A stretch of 64,000 nucleotides of DNA, taken from Eledone cirrhosa. Its lineage: Eukaryota. Location of the stretch: contig OZ024740.1 in the NCBI GenBank assembly GCA_964016885.1, positions 68,510,001 to 68,574,000 on the forward strand, given 5' to 3'. Of this stretch, positions 12,516 to 26,160 are shown piece after piece. A model generated the notes under the pieces. That model was given only the letters and a program-made list of their open reading frames with translations, did not search any database and was not told the origin of the DNA. The translations under genes were made by a program, and so were the position numbers. Numbering within the stretch: position 1 is the stretch's first letter; each line of letters begins with the position of its first letter.

Positions 12516-13890
12516 GTGTCTGGCTTACTGGCCCTCTCATTTAAATTAGTCACCATCTGGAAGTGACTTTCATTTCACTTCTCCTATTATTGTACTGTCT
12601 CATTTTCCCTCCACCGGCCCTGAGTCCTGTTCTTTTATCTTTAAATCTATTATATCACAAATGTAACACCGTCATACGTCAGGGGGAGACAATCCACAAC
12701 TAAAACTAAAACTTTCATTAATGATAATTTAGTATTTTCCATTTGTATTCCAACAAATTTTCCAATCGCCAATTCTCGCTTAACTTGTAACAAATTTCAT
12801 TACCACCCAAATGTTTAATGAGGCCAACCAACAATACGCGTGTATTCACACGTATTGTCTTGATCGACTTACTATATTAATTTATATGACACAAGGACAT
12901 GACAATTAATTTGACAAACTCCACCCGCCTACTTTATCCTTGAGCCCTAGTTCGAATGCTGCCATCCGTTCATTGCAATACGCTCCATTAACGCAAATAA
13001 TTTCTTACTGCTTTCCTATAGTTTAGCGTTAATAATGAGACTTAAGCTTAAGATAATTAAACAGAGAGATAGAGGAGCATTGAAATTGGAAAGGCAGCGT
13101 TCCCATCGAAATGTAATAGGCAGCTCCATTATATTGGCTCTACTTACCAGCTGCGGCCATAAAGCTATCGTCGTCGATGATTTAAGGGGCAAACAGCCGT
13201 GAATGCAGAGTTGATGATTTAAGGGATCAAATATTGTTGTATATAAGGTGAAACTCAGCCGGTGATTCATGGTTGAACATTTCCGAGGGGGCTGTCGCCT
13301 TTACTCAACATACTGACTTAACTGATTTATTTCAAATATATTTAAAACAGTTCAAAAGAATCTAGAAAGACAGAAGACAGTTGTGCAATAGTAATCTATT
13401 AAATAGCATGGCTATAACACCCAAGAAATGTGACAGCGTGCCGCTTTATAATAAAGAATTGCTTCTGGCCAAATGGCTAACACAGAAGTCGGTCGGATAC
13501 CTTTGAAATGTCCCGGAAGATGTCAAAAGCAGATTGATCAAAAGAAATTAGTTTTATTTAGAAGCTAAGGCATGAATTGTTCCATTAGTCTAGTCAATAA
13601 ATAGAGTCAGAGAATTGGTATGGTGTCATGTCAGTAGAATCATTATCGAAATCCAGTTAAAAGCGAGACATATATAAAGTTCAAGAGAACTGATAAATAA
13701 GCGACAAACAGGCATACACATATACTCACATAAAAATAATGTACGCAACAAATACAATTACAGATATATACGTAAACAAGCATGATAGATATGTGTGAAT
13801 AGCTTAATCAGAATACATATTATTATAATAGATACCACTAGGCAAAGTCCTGTAGAAAGTCCTTTCATTTTAAGCAGAAAAGGGTATACG

Positions 13891-15292
<1,402 letters not shown>

Positions 15293-15302
<10 letters not shown>

Positions 15303-15923
15303 AAACTTTGGGAGGGTCATGTTGCCAATAAGAAACACACGCACCACTTGATTTCACTTCAATTTATTATAATAAATTTATAATAAATTTATAAATTTAT
15401 AAATTTCTGGTTGGTTGGTTGGTTCCACAACCAGATAGTTGTTTATATATAGTCATAGTTCTCTCGTCACACACTCTGTGACCTCTTCAGTGACTGGGGA
15501 TTTCCTTTCTTTGTTTCTGTGCCTGTCCTTTGTTCTGTCCTACGCCATTTTGTTTCTGTGTGTGTGTTGTGTGCTCAGTCTGCGCATGCGCCACATCCGG
15601 GTGTCTGTGTGTGTTTATGCTCATTTATTTATTTGTTTATTTACATGTTACTGGTTGGTTGTTTGTTCTATGTGTGTGTGTGTTTTCATTTTATCCTTAA
15701 TTGTATATAAACAACTATCTGGTTGTGGAACCAACCAACCAACCAGAAATTTATAAATTTATAAATTTATAAATTTATTATAAATTTATTATAATAAATT
15801 GAAGTGAAAGCAACTGGTGCGTGTGTTTCTTATTGGCAACATGACCCTCCCAAAGTATAACAATATCGGTTTCAACACACGATTTCAGATAAAGAATCTT
15901 GCTAAACAAATTCAGAAACGAAA
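15293..15923. mobile_element. Palindromic non-coding element (family F) with hammerhead at 15451-15495 (-)
   Basis: About 155-bp inverted arms 15293-15449/15703-15866; minus strand AGUCA-CUGAAGA-G GUCAC..GUGAC-GAGA-GAAC-UA-UGACU (GAAA mutated to GAGA); terminal atgaccctcccaag..taacaata shared with 56975-56998. Confidence 0.75.
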
Positions 15924-16124
15924 TATATATATATATATAATAAAAGTATGTTTTCCTACATGTAAATAATACATATATGGATACAAGTATAGTCTGACCG
16001 CACGGCTGTCTGGTTCAATGATTACTTAATAAATTAACAAGCCAGAACATATAAAATCAAGGGAAAGCAAATAAAGAAAAAATTGAAATAATTTTCAAAA
16101 AATTCATTGTACCTACTATATGGG

Positions 16125-16204
16125 CCTTTACCGCGGTTTCAGATCCGAAAACAAATAGATAACCGAAGCGGATTTCAATTGAGAAAGATATCCTCGTCAG
16201 TAGG
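16125..16204 (-). ncRNA. Hammerhead (family E relative) in element about 15990-16320
   Basis: CUGACGA-GGAU...AUCU-GAAA-CCGCGG-UA; weak stem I; flanks resemble 55890-56170. Confidence 0.68.
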
Positions 16205-16322
16205 TTATAACATTTCCGAGTTCAAATTACAAACTGACGCCATATAAAACTGTCCCAGCAAATGAATGATGAAACAATTTCGCCTAGTTCCGTGTGCAAA
16301 GACTGAAAGCAAGGACGACAGG

Positions 16323-16910
16323 TCAATCTCTTGCTACTGAAATCAACCCCGCACATTCCTTTCCTTCGTCGAGGCAATAAATTTGGTATGGTGTAGCTTC
16401 GTTGGATATCTTCAATTTCAGCGGTTTTTTATACTGTTGGACGACCACTGCTAAGACCAATGATCCAGTTGAACGAGGACTAATGTCATCCAGATTACCA
16501 ACATGGTCTCCCAATCCCTTGTCCTGAAAGTCCATGGAATCCGAAAAGCCCGTAGTCAGCACATTGCCACCACGTTGGTGATGAATCCTTGTTTCTGCGT
16601 GTGTATAGCAGAAGGCATGGAACATTTTGTCATTAAACTGTATATTATCCTTCTCAGTTGATACTAATGTGACGCACACTTCTCATTGTAATAGAGTAGC
16701 ACCAGCCGTTGTTTTATTTGCTTGTGCAACTTTTGTGTCATCTGCATAGATAGTGAGGGAGGCAATCTTACTACGGAAGTTTGGTGTGAAATATTCACCA
16801 AAATCAGATGTAATCCCAATATAGCGCCCTGGTACACACAACTTGTTAATTATGTTTCATTTGAGAGCGTTTCGTTGACTGCGACAATCAGCCTTCTGTC
16901 ATATTTCACC
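16323..16910 (-). pseudogene. Decayed CR1/L2-type LINE RT fragment
   Basis: Frameshifted QGAILG (compare GVPQGSVLG), IYADDTKV, IQFN. Confidence 0.7.
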
Positions 16911-17058
16911 TAATTGCACAAACAAACGGAATATATGGTGTCATTTCATTTCATGATCAACGCTTTTGAATCTTTCGCAAATACGGTATGCATCAAATTC
17001 ACGTTACAACATCAAACAGTTGTTTTACTAACCAGCTAAAATGTTGTAAGAGCTATGT

Positions 17059-17115
<57 letters not shown>

Positions 17116-17559
17116 TGAGAGTGAGAGTGAGAATGAGAGAGATAGATAAAGAGTTAGTTCCACAACAAATTAGCAAACATTAATCGAGGACACGCGTATC
17201 ACCGGGTAGATTTTCAACCCGTGTATGACTGCGATGAGAACGGAAGTATATATGAGCTAACTGGATTATGCTCGGCAGATGTCGTTAGTTAGGTGAGGAG
17301 GGAGATGTCTCAAATTAGACTGTTGCAGTATTATGCCAAGTATTATTACGTAATCACTCAAAGATATTTATTGTTTTTTCAAACACATACACAGCTCCAT
17401 TTCGGTTTACCCTGGATTTGGCTAGAAATGTCCAGTGAATGGAGAAATTCACGTATGCATCCTTCAGTGATGATCCGGGAAATGCCAACCTCGTGGAACT
17501 AACTCTATACCAATCTCGTCCGTTGTACTGAGTGCTCTACTAACAGTCCATATATGAAT

Positions 17560-18400
17560 GGTGTCATTCAACTTGATGCCTCTTCATCGGAGTCATTGAA
17601 CATATGCATCGGTGTGAAACAGGGCTGCGTGCTTGCCCCACTCTGTTTGGCATATTTTCGCAGTCATGCTAAATCATGCATTTGGAGCGTCAACTAAGGG
17701 TGTCTACCTCCACACCAAATCAGACTGGAGGCTATTAGAGTCTGTCAAGACAGATAGTGAAATCCAAGTTTCGCCAGGTACTCATCAGAGAAATGTTCTT
17801 TGCGGATGACACTGCACTGGCAGAGAACACTGAGGAGCAAATGCAACACATCATGAACACACTCTCGAGGGCCTGCCAGGAATTCAGCCTAACAATTAAT
17901 CTGAAGAAAACCAATGTACCTCCCACCATCAGCATGAACAACTACGAATTCCGCTACCTTGGCTCCACCATCACTAGCAACCTCTCCCCGGGCCCTGAAA
18001 TCAGCAACAGAGTTGGACGAGCATCCTACCCATTTTCGAAGAGGGTTTTGGGGAACAGACAAATAATAGCAAACATCAGGACTGCTGTCTACAAAGGGTG
18101 TCTCCTCAGCGTACTATATTACGGCAGCAAGACATTGAGCCTCTACTCCAGTCAAGAGCGCCGTCTCAATCCTTCCACCTTCATTGCCTGAGACGCATCT
18201 TGGATAACAAATGGCCTGAGCGGCTCCACAACATTGAAGTTCTTAACTGCGCCAAGATAGCCATCATTTACCCCCCCCCCCCCCTGCCCAAAGCGTGTCG
18301 TCTGCGCTAGCTCGGTCACGGACATCGTATGCCAGACGAAGGATCACAAAAGACTTACGACCTCATCTTCGCTTCAAAGACGTCTGCAGGAGGGATGTGA
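17560..18400 (+). pseudogene. Decayed RTE-clade LINE RT fragment
   Basis: GVKQGCVLAP, MFFADDTAL, LTINLKKT, FRYLGSTI, FHLHCLRRIL. Confidence 0.85.
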
Positions 18401-18558
18401 TGTCAATAGATCTGTACACACATAGATGGGCAAAGTTTGCTAATAAATAAACAACCATCTAGTTTTCAAACGAGCCAATTCGAAATTTGTAATAAAATCA
18501 ACAGAGGCGCGTGTGTTTTTATTGGCGGCAGGACCATCCCAAATCATATACATATATA

Positions 18559-18667
<109 letters not shown>

Positions 18668-18730
18668 GTTATTCCAGGTTGAATCGGAGGTAACCACAGT
18701 AAGTAATGTGCTCAATACATTGCAGAGTAA
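18668..18730 (-). mobile_element. Family A 3' tail fragment
   Basis: gttgaatcggaggtaaccacagtaagtaa matches 22332-22361 and the reverse complement of 61090-61120; lies between (TA)n tracts. Confidence 0.7.
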
Positions 18731-18774
18731 TGTATATATATATATATGCTTCCATCTATACACATATATATGTG

Positions 18775-18811
<37 letters not shown>

Positions 18812-19035
18812 AATTTCAGGTTATCAATAATGTAGTGATAATATATCGTTACGTTAGAGATGAACAGCGTACGTGCAGGTTTGCTCAACGAGTATAAATT
18901 ATATTCCGGAGAAATGTAGAAAGGATGAATATAAAATGAAAGTGCTTTTGTTAAAAAAGGAATTTATTAGGTATTGACATATGTTTCTGTAACAGACCGA
19001 ATACCTATGTATCGCTGCTTGCGTAATCATATAAT

Positions 19036-19130
19036 TGTTTCTACTTTTGGCACAAGGCCAGCAATTACCCAGTGCATTACTGGTACTTTATTTTATCGAC
19101 CCCGTAAGGATGAAAGGCAAAGTGAACCTC
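19036..19130 (-). mobile_element. 5'-truncated SINE inserted in PLE pLTR, TSD CATATAAT
   Basis: TSD at 19028-19035 and 19130-19137; empty site visible in the inverted copy at about 21680. Confidence 0.88.
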
Positions 19131-19659
19131 ATATAATGTTAGCAAGTATTCGATAGCAAATGTATAATCAGTTGTCACTTCTTCAGAGATTTTGGATAAA
19201 CTGGATAAAATCAGAAAAATTGAAGTATTTATATTAGTAAAAGAGGAAGGAACAGAGGGGATAGTATATGACAGATGGTAAAATAATTTACTGCTAAACA
19301 AGTATATAATGGGTTTTTAATGAGAATACCATGAGTAAATCTAAATAAGAATTTTGGGAGTGCCAATTTTAATCTCTACTTGACCAACTGGACAGTGGAC
19401 AGGGCTGGTCATTTGGTGCAGTAGTATTAATTATAAAGTGTCAATTGGGGAAGGGGGAGATTTCGATTGCTACTAAATAACATCAATGCTAGTAGCCAGC
19501 TGGTATATGCATTAGGGAATTGAATCAAGAAATCAGAAATCTCATTTTATCTATAGCAGTTTGTATTAAAAGGTAAATAATAGAAGAGTTGATAGAATTA
19601 AGACTAATAAAGAATGTTCATATTTATTTTGACAATCAAACGGGGATAGAGACAGGCGT

Positions 19660-21450
19660 TCAATCCTGGTAGTATTTATATGAAAATGTAGATTTTAAGC
19701 GATGGTTACAGTATAACGATCGCTCTATTCTGTTATTTAATAAAATGTTTTTGGATTTCATAATACAAAATAATTCTACATTACATAATTTACAAAATTC
19801 CTGTCCATGGGATATGGGGGGGGGGGGGGCAGCCGCTATTATATCCCATTTTAGGTGAAATTGTTGGTTATTTTCACGCAGCTGCCAAGCCTTGTCTGCG
19901 AGTGTTGTTACATAACGCTGGTTTTCATGTTTTATCGAATAACGATGTCTATAAAGGCGTGATTTGAAGGAGGTAGCTGTAGATCCCACATAGTACCACT
20001 TCTGTCTATCCGATTCGATAGTACATTTGTATACGATGTTGCGTTCAAGACACTGATTGTTCAACGGACACATTCCTGGTTGGACACAGTTGCAATTATA
20101 ATTTTGCGTTGTTGTACTGCCATGGATGGGTTGATGAGGTTGCTTATGTAGGACAGGATGTTGTTTGTTGTTTTGTGATGTTATAGCTAATGTTTTACGT
20201 GTATTGTTATGTGTTGGAAGGCGTTTATACAACCGTTTTGCGTTAAGCTTTTTTATATGTTGTTCAATATTAGGGGCGGTTGAATATGAAAGTCGAATAG
20301 TGTTAGGGTTTAAGATTTTATTATATTTATGTGATGTTGGAAAGTGTTTTCTAACTAATCGAAAGAATTTTGAGGGTAGATTGGTTTTAATAGAGTTGTT
20401 ATAGACCGGGTTGTACCCGATATACTCCTTACATCGCCTTCTGTTTGGTGGTGTGCGACTATTATTGTGTCTATTGCGGTAGTGTATGTATGGTGGTGAT
20501 TCTGTGCTATTTCTACTCATATGTGATTTATTTTGGGTGTTTTGGTGATCTTTGACTATATACTCTATATTATCTAGGTGACCGGCTTTCCTAAGTGCAT
20601 CATCATAATACTCGGCATGTTCTTTGAAGGTTTGTTGGTTGGACGATAGGCGGGAGATCCTAAGAGAAACATTTCTAGGGATGGATTTAATTATAGAGAG
20701 TGGATGGTTAGAACTCGTATTTACATATTTAAGGTTCTCATTTAGTTTATGGAACGGTTTAATCGTATCTGTATTGAGATTGAAAGTAACATCAAGGAAA
20801 TTGACCTCTTTGAGGTTATATTCAAATGTAATATTTAATCCTAGTTCCTTAAAAAGCTTTCTGATATTTTTACGCATCCTTTCTAAATTCTGGTTATTCA
20901 TATGCTTAACTAATAGGAGCGCATCGTCACGGTAAATTCCACCGTGGAGATCCTTGAATTTTCCTTGTAATCTGTGGGTGATATAAATTCCCACAAGATC
21001 TGTTACTTCCGCCGAATCATTAGAACCCATAGTGATATCAAAATTAGAAGGTCTATCTTTGCGAACCCAGTAGCTATCATCGAATTTAACTATAGTTTTT
21101 CTCGCTTCCATAATAATTTTAATTTCAGCATCCGTAAGGTCGGAATTATCCTTAGCGAACGAAAGAGCTTCATGTAGAGTATCAGGTGAAATTGAGGAAT
21201 AATATTCATCAATATCAAACTGAATAAATTTTGATTTTTTCTTATCAGTAATGTTATTAAACCATCTTATTGCTTCATGAGTGTTACCCCATAGTTTAAT
21301 CTCTATGTTAACCTTAACTTGGGGGATAATTCTGTCTAGTATATATTTGCTAATTTTACCTATATCAGATTTAGAGGGGCATATAAGTCTAATATTAGGG
21401 TTAGTATCGAAGTTTACCTTGTGGTCCTTCAGGTTGAAGGATGGTATAGC
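19660..21450 (-). CDS. PLE RT + GIY-YIG ORF, 5'-truncated but uninterrupted
   Basis: KDHK, FIQFDIDEYYSSI, ITMGS, GIYRDD, VNFLD, CNCVQPGMCPLNNQC, YYVGST, CKLC. Confidence 0.88.
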   Translation of the reverse strand, partial: AIPSFNLKDHKVNFDTNPNIRLICPSKSDIGKISKYILDRIIPQVKVNIEIKLWGNTHEAIRWFNNITDKKKSKFIQFDIDEYYSSISPDTLHEALSFAKDNSDLTDAEIKIIMEARKTIVKFDDSYWVRKDRPSNFDITMGSNDSAEVTDLVGIYITHRLQGKFKDLHGGIYRDDALLLVKHMNNQNLERMRKNIRKLFKELGLNITFEYNLKEVNFLDVTFNLNTDTIKPFHKLNENLKYVNTSSNHPLSIIKSIPRNVSLRISRLSSNQQTFKEHAEYYDDALRKAGHLDNIEYIVKDHQNTQNKSHMSRNSTESPPYIHYRNRHNNSRTPPNRRRCKEYIGYNPVYNNSIKTNLPSKFFRLVRKHFPTSHKYNKILNPNTIRLSYSTAPNIEQHIKKLNAKRLYKRLPTHNNTRKTLAITSQNNKQHPVLHKQPHQPIHGSTTTQNYNCNCVQPGMCPLNNQCLERNIVYKCTIESDRQKWYYVGSTATSFKSRLYRHRYSIKHENQRYVTTLADKAWQLRENNQQFHLKWDIIAAAPPPPISHGQEFCKLCNVELFCIMKSKNILLNNRIERSLYCNHRLKSTFSYKYYQD

Positions 21451-21631
21451 ATTGGCACTCCCAAAATTCTTATTTAGATTTACTCATGGTATTCTCATTA
21501 AAAACCCATTATATACTTGTTTAGCAGTAAATTATTTTACCATCTGTCATATACTATCCCCTCTGTTCCTTCCTCTTTTACTAATATAAATACTTCAATT
21601 TTTCTGATTTTATCCAGTTTATCCAAAATCT

Positions 21632-21747
21632 CTTAAGAAGTGACAACTGATTATACATTTGCTATCGAATACTTGCTAACATTATATGATTACGCAAGCA
21701 GCGATACATAGGTATTCGGTCTGTTACAGAAACATATGTCAATACCT
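21632..21747 (+). ncRNA. Hammerhead-like motif with about 85-nt stem II (PLE 19660 family); second copy 18968-19186 (-)
   Basis: CUGAAGA (intact in left copy, CUUAAGA here)-A GUGACA...UGUUAC A-GAAA-CAUAUG-UC; proximal stem I poor. Confidence 0.55.
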
Positions 21748-21797
21748 AATAAATTCCTTTTTTAACAAAAGCACTTTCATTTTATATTCATCCTTTC

Positions 21798-21829
<32 letters not shown>

Positions 21830-22244
21830 TATATACATACATATATATATATATGAATATTAAAACAATGAAATTAAACAAAAGACTGTTAATTCATAGT
21901 AAAACTCATTATTTTACGATCGTTTCTGTGCGTTAGTTCCCCGTATGTCCATTCTATTGCTGATGTAAAATATATTACAAAATATCATAGTAAGAAAATA
22001 TACATACATCTTCACTACCCGCCGTCTTCAGAAATAAGCGTGCTTGAATGGATATGCTTGCCACATAATGTTTACGAAACTATCCATTAATCTGTGTGTA
22101 TTTCCTTTCTTTCCATGGGAACATCCATCACATTCTAGAAAGATACATTCCCGCAAATGGTGTGGTAACTTATGTACGCACACAAGTAAACACACAATTA
22201 TACATATATATGTGTGTGTGTGCATGTGTTTGTGTAAATATGTA

Positions 22245-22321
<77 letters not shown>

Positions 22322-22407
22322 GTAGGTCCCGGGTTGAGTCGGGGATAACCACAGTAAGTAAGGTACTCAATACATGGCAGAGTAAATTTTTTTTATTTTA
22401 TAGAAGG

Positions 22408-22458
22408 AGCTTCTACAGGACTAGTACTGTTTCATTCAGATAAAATCTTCAGGAAGCT
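22408..22458 (-). ncRNA. Hammerhead ribozyme (family A, inverted copy)
   Basis: Reverse complement of 22651-22701 with one stem II change. Confidence 0.85.
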
Positions 22459-22650
22459 GGGTGTCATATTAAGTTCTGTTATTTATACATTTAGGTAGTG
22501 GTAAGGGAGGGGTGGTGGCTTGGGGGGGGGGCTTTGTTGGGGTAGGATGGTATTTAGATACACAGGACCACAACATGGCACAGGCCGTAGCCACCACCCC
22601 TCCCTTACCACTACCTAAATGTATAAATACCAGAACTTAATATGACACCC

Positions 22651-22701
22651 AGCTTCCTGAAGATTTCATCTGAATGAAACAGTACTAGTCCTGTAGAAGC
22701 T
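22651..22701 (+). ncRNA. Type I hammerhead ribozyme (family A)
   Basis: AGCUUC-CUGAAGA-U-UUCA UC UGAA-U-GAAA-CAG UACUAGUC CUG-UA-GAAGCU; all three stems pair. Confidence 0.9.
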
Positions 22702-22723
22702 CCTTCTATAAAATATAAAAATA

Positions 22724-22787
<64 letters not shown>

Positions 22788-23384
22788 CGTGTGTGTGTGT
22801 ATGTGTGTGTATGTGTGTGTATGTGTGCGTATATGCATGCATTCATATATACATACACATACATACACGCACACATACATACATACATACATACATACAT
22901 ACATACATACATACATACATACATACATACATACATACATACATACATACATACATACATACTGAAACGCAAAGAGATGAAAGCGTAGAAGTTAACATTT
23001 TAATAGAAATTTCTAGGAATCCGTTTTAAAAATAAACAGAATTGTAATTATATTACCTCCCAACCTGGGAACCACAGAAGTATTTAACAGCTCACTCTCG
23101 TTACGACTTACTTCACAGATAGAATTACAATGTAATTTAAAATGATGGCCTCCATATTGTTTTTGTTTACTAATTCTGTTTGTTATTGTTTTATTATTTT
23201 GTCTTTATTTAATTGTCGTCGTTGTTATATATTCTGTTTTGTTTTAATTATTTTTGTCATTGAGGACAAAGCACCTATTGTTGATCTTCACATATTCTGT
23301 AACGCTTATTTGCCTAAGGAATTACATTAAAGGTACGCATGTCTATTGAATAGGCTGGCAATTACACGTTCATTTAACTTCTTG

Positions 23385-23730
23385 CAGCTCAGTTGATTGG
23401 ATGTTCGGCTTTTGATCGAAAGAGTCTATGTTCCATTCTCGGCGGCACAATGTTTCCTTCTTAAAATCAATTTATTTCACATTGTCTCAGTACACTAACC
23501 TGGAAATATCGTACATTGTACATAAGATGTGTCACGCTGAATCACCTCGGAATTTCTGTTGTAGATGTGTCTCTTCAATACTCAGTCATTGCAGGTTCAT
23601 GTTATGCTGTTCTGTTGGTCATACACCTGGATCACTCCTCAACGGAAACGATAGAGTTTCAATGACGCACGTGGGTTTAGTTGATTAAACACCTCAACGT
23701 TCATCGTCGAAACTGACGGAGCATCCACCC
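23385..23730 (+). mobile_element. Decayed tRNA-derived SINE-like repeat
   Basis: gcagctcagttgattgg (A-box-like), gttccattc (B-box-like), tttatttcacattgtctcagtacact body. Confidence 0.45.
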
Positions 23731-25422
23731 TCATCAACATTCACTAACATCAATATATAAGATAATACTTGATATTTATATCTATTAATCAGAAATATAT
23801 TAGAATATATGGTAAACAAGTCGATATTAATGAAATGTTCGCTTCCAAAGAAAATTTCAAAAGACTAATTTGAAGCACTTAGAAGAGAATTAGCTATATT
23901 AATGAAGTGATTCGTAGAAATAAAGTGAAAATTATACGCTTAAGCGACGAAATAAATAACAGAAAATTATATAACGTTGCAAATGTATTTTTGGCAAAAT
24001 AATAGAGATAAGAATGAAAACGTTATCTACTTAAATATTGCAATTATATGGGCGATAACCCTAATCAGACTCGCATTAAAATGGAAATAAACAAATATAT
24101 ATTGGGCAACAGTAAATCGGTGTAAACTGATACAAGTATTTTTATCAGGTTTCTATTCTGAAGATAACACCCGAGTAGTTGTGTTTACCTGTGTTTTCCC
24201 TACCATTCTCAGAGGTCGTGCAAAAAGGTCTCTGGTGACTGTTAATTCAATTGTTGATTAAGCCAAAAAAACATGTTTGACGAACGAATTTCAAAATTTT
24301 TCGATGGTGTTCGATAAACCTATTAATGTTCATAGTAAAATCCCACAAATTATAATCGAAGGGTGGTCTTGCTTGGGGATTACGCCTGATCAATTGGTGA
24401 TAGATGTTATGACAGGACCCGCTAGCAGGCATGATAGAGGACTCTACCTCCATTATCTTCCAAGAAGAAGAAGAAGAAGAAGAAGAGAAGAATACTTTCA
24501 ACATATAGTTTGGTAATGTGACAAAACCAGTTTTTGACACTTCTTGCGCTAACAACATTTAGTTTCCACTAATGTGTCCACACTATCATGCAACAAACCA
24601 TGTTATAGGTGATTTATGTATTGATTACTAGAAGCTATTAATTACACAACTGTGCATACAATTATGTACATTTAAGTTTCTGTAAATTACGTCTTTCAGG
24701 TAGGCGCTCTCATTCGCTGCCTAGTTCGTCTCAATAGTAGCGTCTTCACTGCCAGTGTTCAGTAACGGCAGTAGGTAAATTTTCCGTGAAATATATAGTA
24801 TCAAGCATTCCGACAAAGATACACGTGTACAACACTAAATTTCAGATGTATACACAAAAAAAAAAAGAAAATCTTTTGAAGAGGTCATCTAATTTTTTTA
24901 TTTTTCTTGTATAGAATCAGCTCAGTCATATGATCAAAAACGCTTTAACCATCACTGTCTACGCCTTTGTCTTTGAACAACGTGTATAATAAGCTACATA
25001 AGCTAATGTTTTTTCTCTTTACGATTGATTTAAGACTGCGGTTTGAGAGGGATTTAGTTTCTATTTCTAACAAGCACACGGTAGAGGTTTATGCGTCGGA
25101 TCGTTACTTTGTAAATTGAGTCGATGAGAAGAAAGAAACTCATAATTAGTATTTATTTTATCACTTCGTTTTCTAGTTTTCATACTTGATACAGATATCC
25201 ATGAAGCTTGAATATGTTGTTATACCCAAGCTGCATTAATTATAACACACACACACACACTCACACACATTATTTCATGTATTATGATGTCTGTCTGTTT
25301 GTCATTCTCTCCTATGTATATCTCACCCACACCTCTCTCATATATATATACATATATATGTACACACATATATATATATACATATATATATATATATTTA
25401 TATATATATTTTTATATATATA

Positions 25423-25722
25423 AGGAAAAAAGATGAAATCGAAAATGCAGGTGTAGTCTTTTTTTTATAAAAATATATATTTATTTGGTTCCTTTACCGG
25501 TTTCGCAGTTTCTTCCAGATGTAAGAAAAAGCACAAACCCTCCATCTCAATTCTACTTTTGAAAAGCAGAAGAACTGCCAAACCGGTAAAGGAACCAAAT
25601 AAATATATATTTTTATAAAAAAAAGACTCCAGTTTCATTTTCGATTTCATCTTTTTCCTCATACTTTCCATCGTGTAGGACACCTCGGTTCTTTTTCATT
25701 TTGAAAACACCTCACTTTCTAA
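25423..25722. mobile_element. Palindromic remnant with decayed hammerhead (25556-25591)
   Basis: Arms about 25423-25512/25567-25660; CUU-uUGAAaA-GCAG AAGAA CUGC-(G/C)AAA-CCGG-UA-AAG; (TA)n flanks. Confidence 0.65.
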
Positions 25723-25800
25723 TATATATATATATATACACATATATATATGCATACATATTTATATATATATATATATTTATACATATATATATATAAT

Positions 25801-25837
<37 letters not shown>

Positions 25838-26091
25838 GTAAGTATGTATGTATACGTACATACATATATGTATACAGACGTATAGTAGCATGCATATATA
25901 TACATATATATATATATATACATATATATACATACAGGTACACATACATATATGCACGCATCAGTTTAGCGGACGTTTATTACAACGCCGCTTTGTTCGT
26001 TTGTTTATCAACAAACCGAACAGCCTGAATTTATGCCATACAGTGTTAAGGCAACCACGTCACCTTTTTGTTCAACACTGACACAGTTCAA

Positions 26092-26160
<69 letters not shown>

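Larger units (their letters stand above)
18808..21799 (-). mobile_element. 5'-truncated PLE (second Naiad-like family) with inverted terminal copy
   Basis: Frame open about 21450-19660; 21451-21799 is an inverted copy of 18917-19367; (TA)n on both flanks. Confidence 0.9.
22322..22727. mobile_element. Non-coding palindromic PLE-end element, family A
   Basis: Inverted repeat about 22390-22520 versus 22590-22727; one arm has an extra tail; (TA)n flanks; homologous to 150-330, 18668-18730 and 60915-61128. Confidence 0.85.

Noticed and set aside
24247-24460. Possible MULE transposase remnant (LWDF..NRFIEHHRK)
   Set aside because: Similarity too short and vague.
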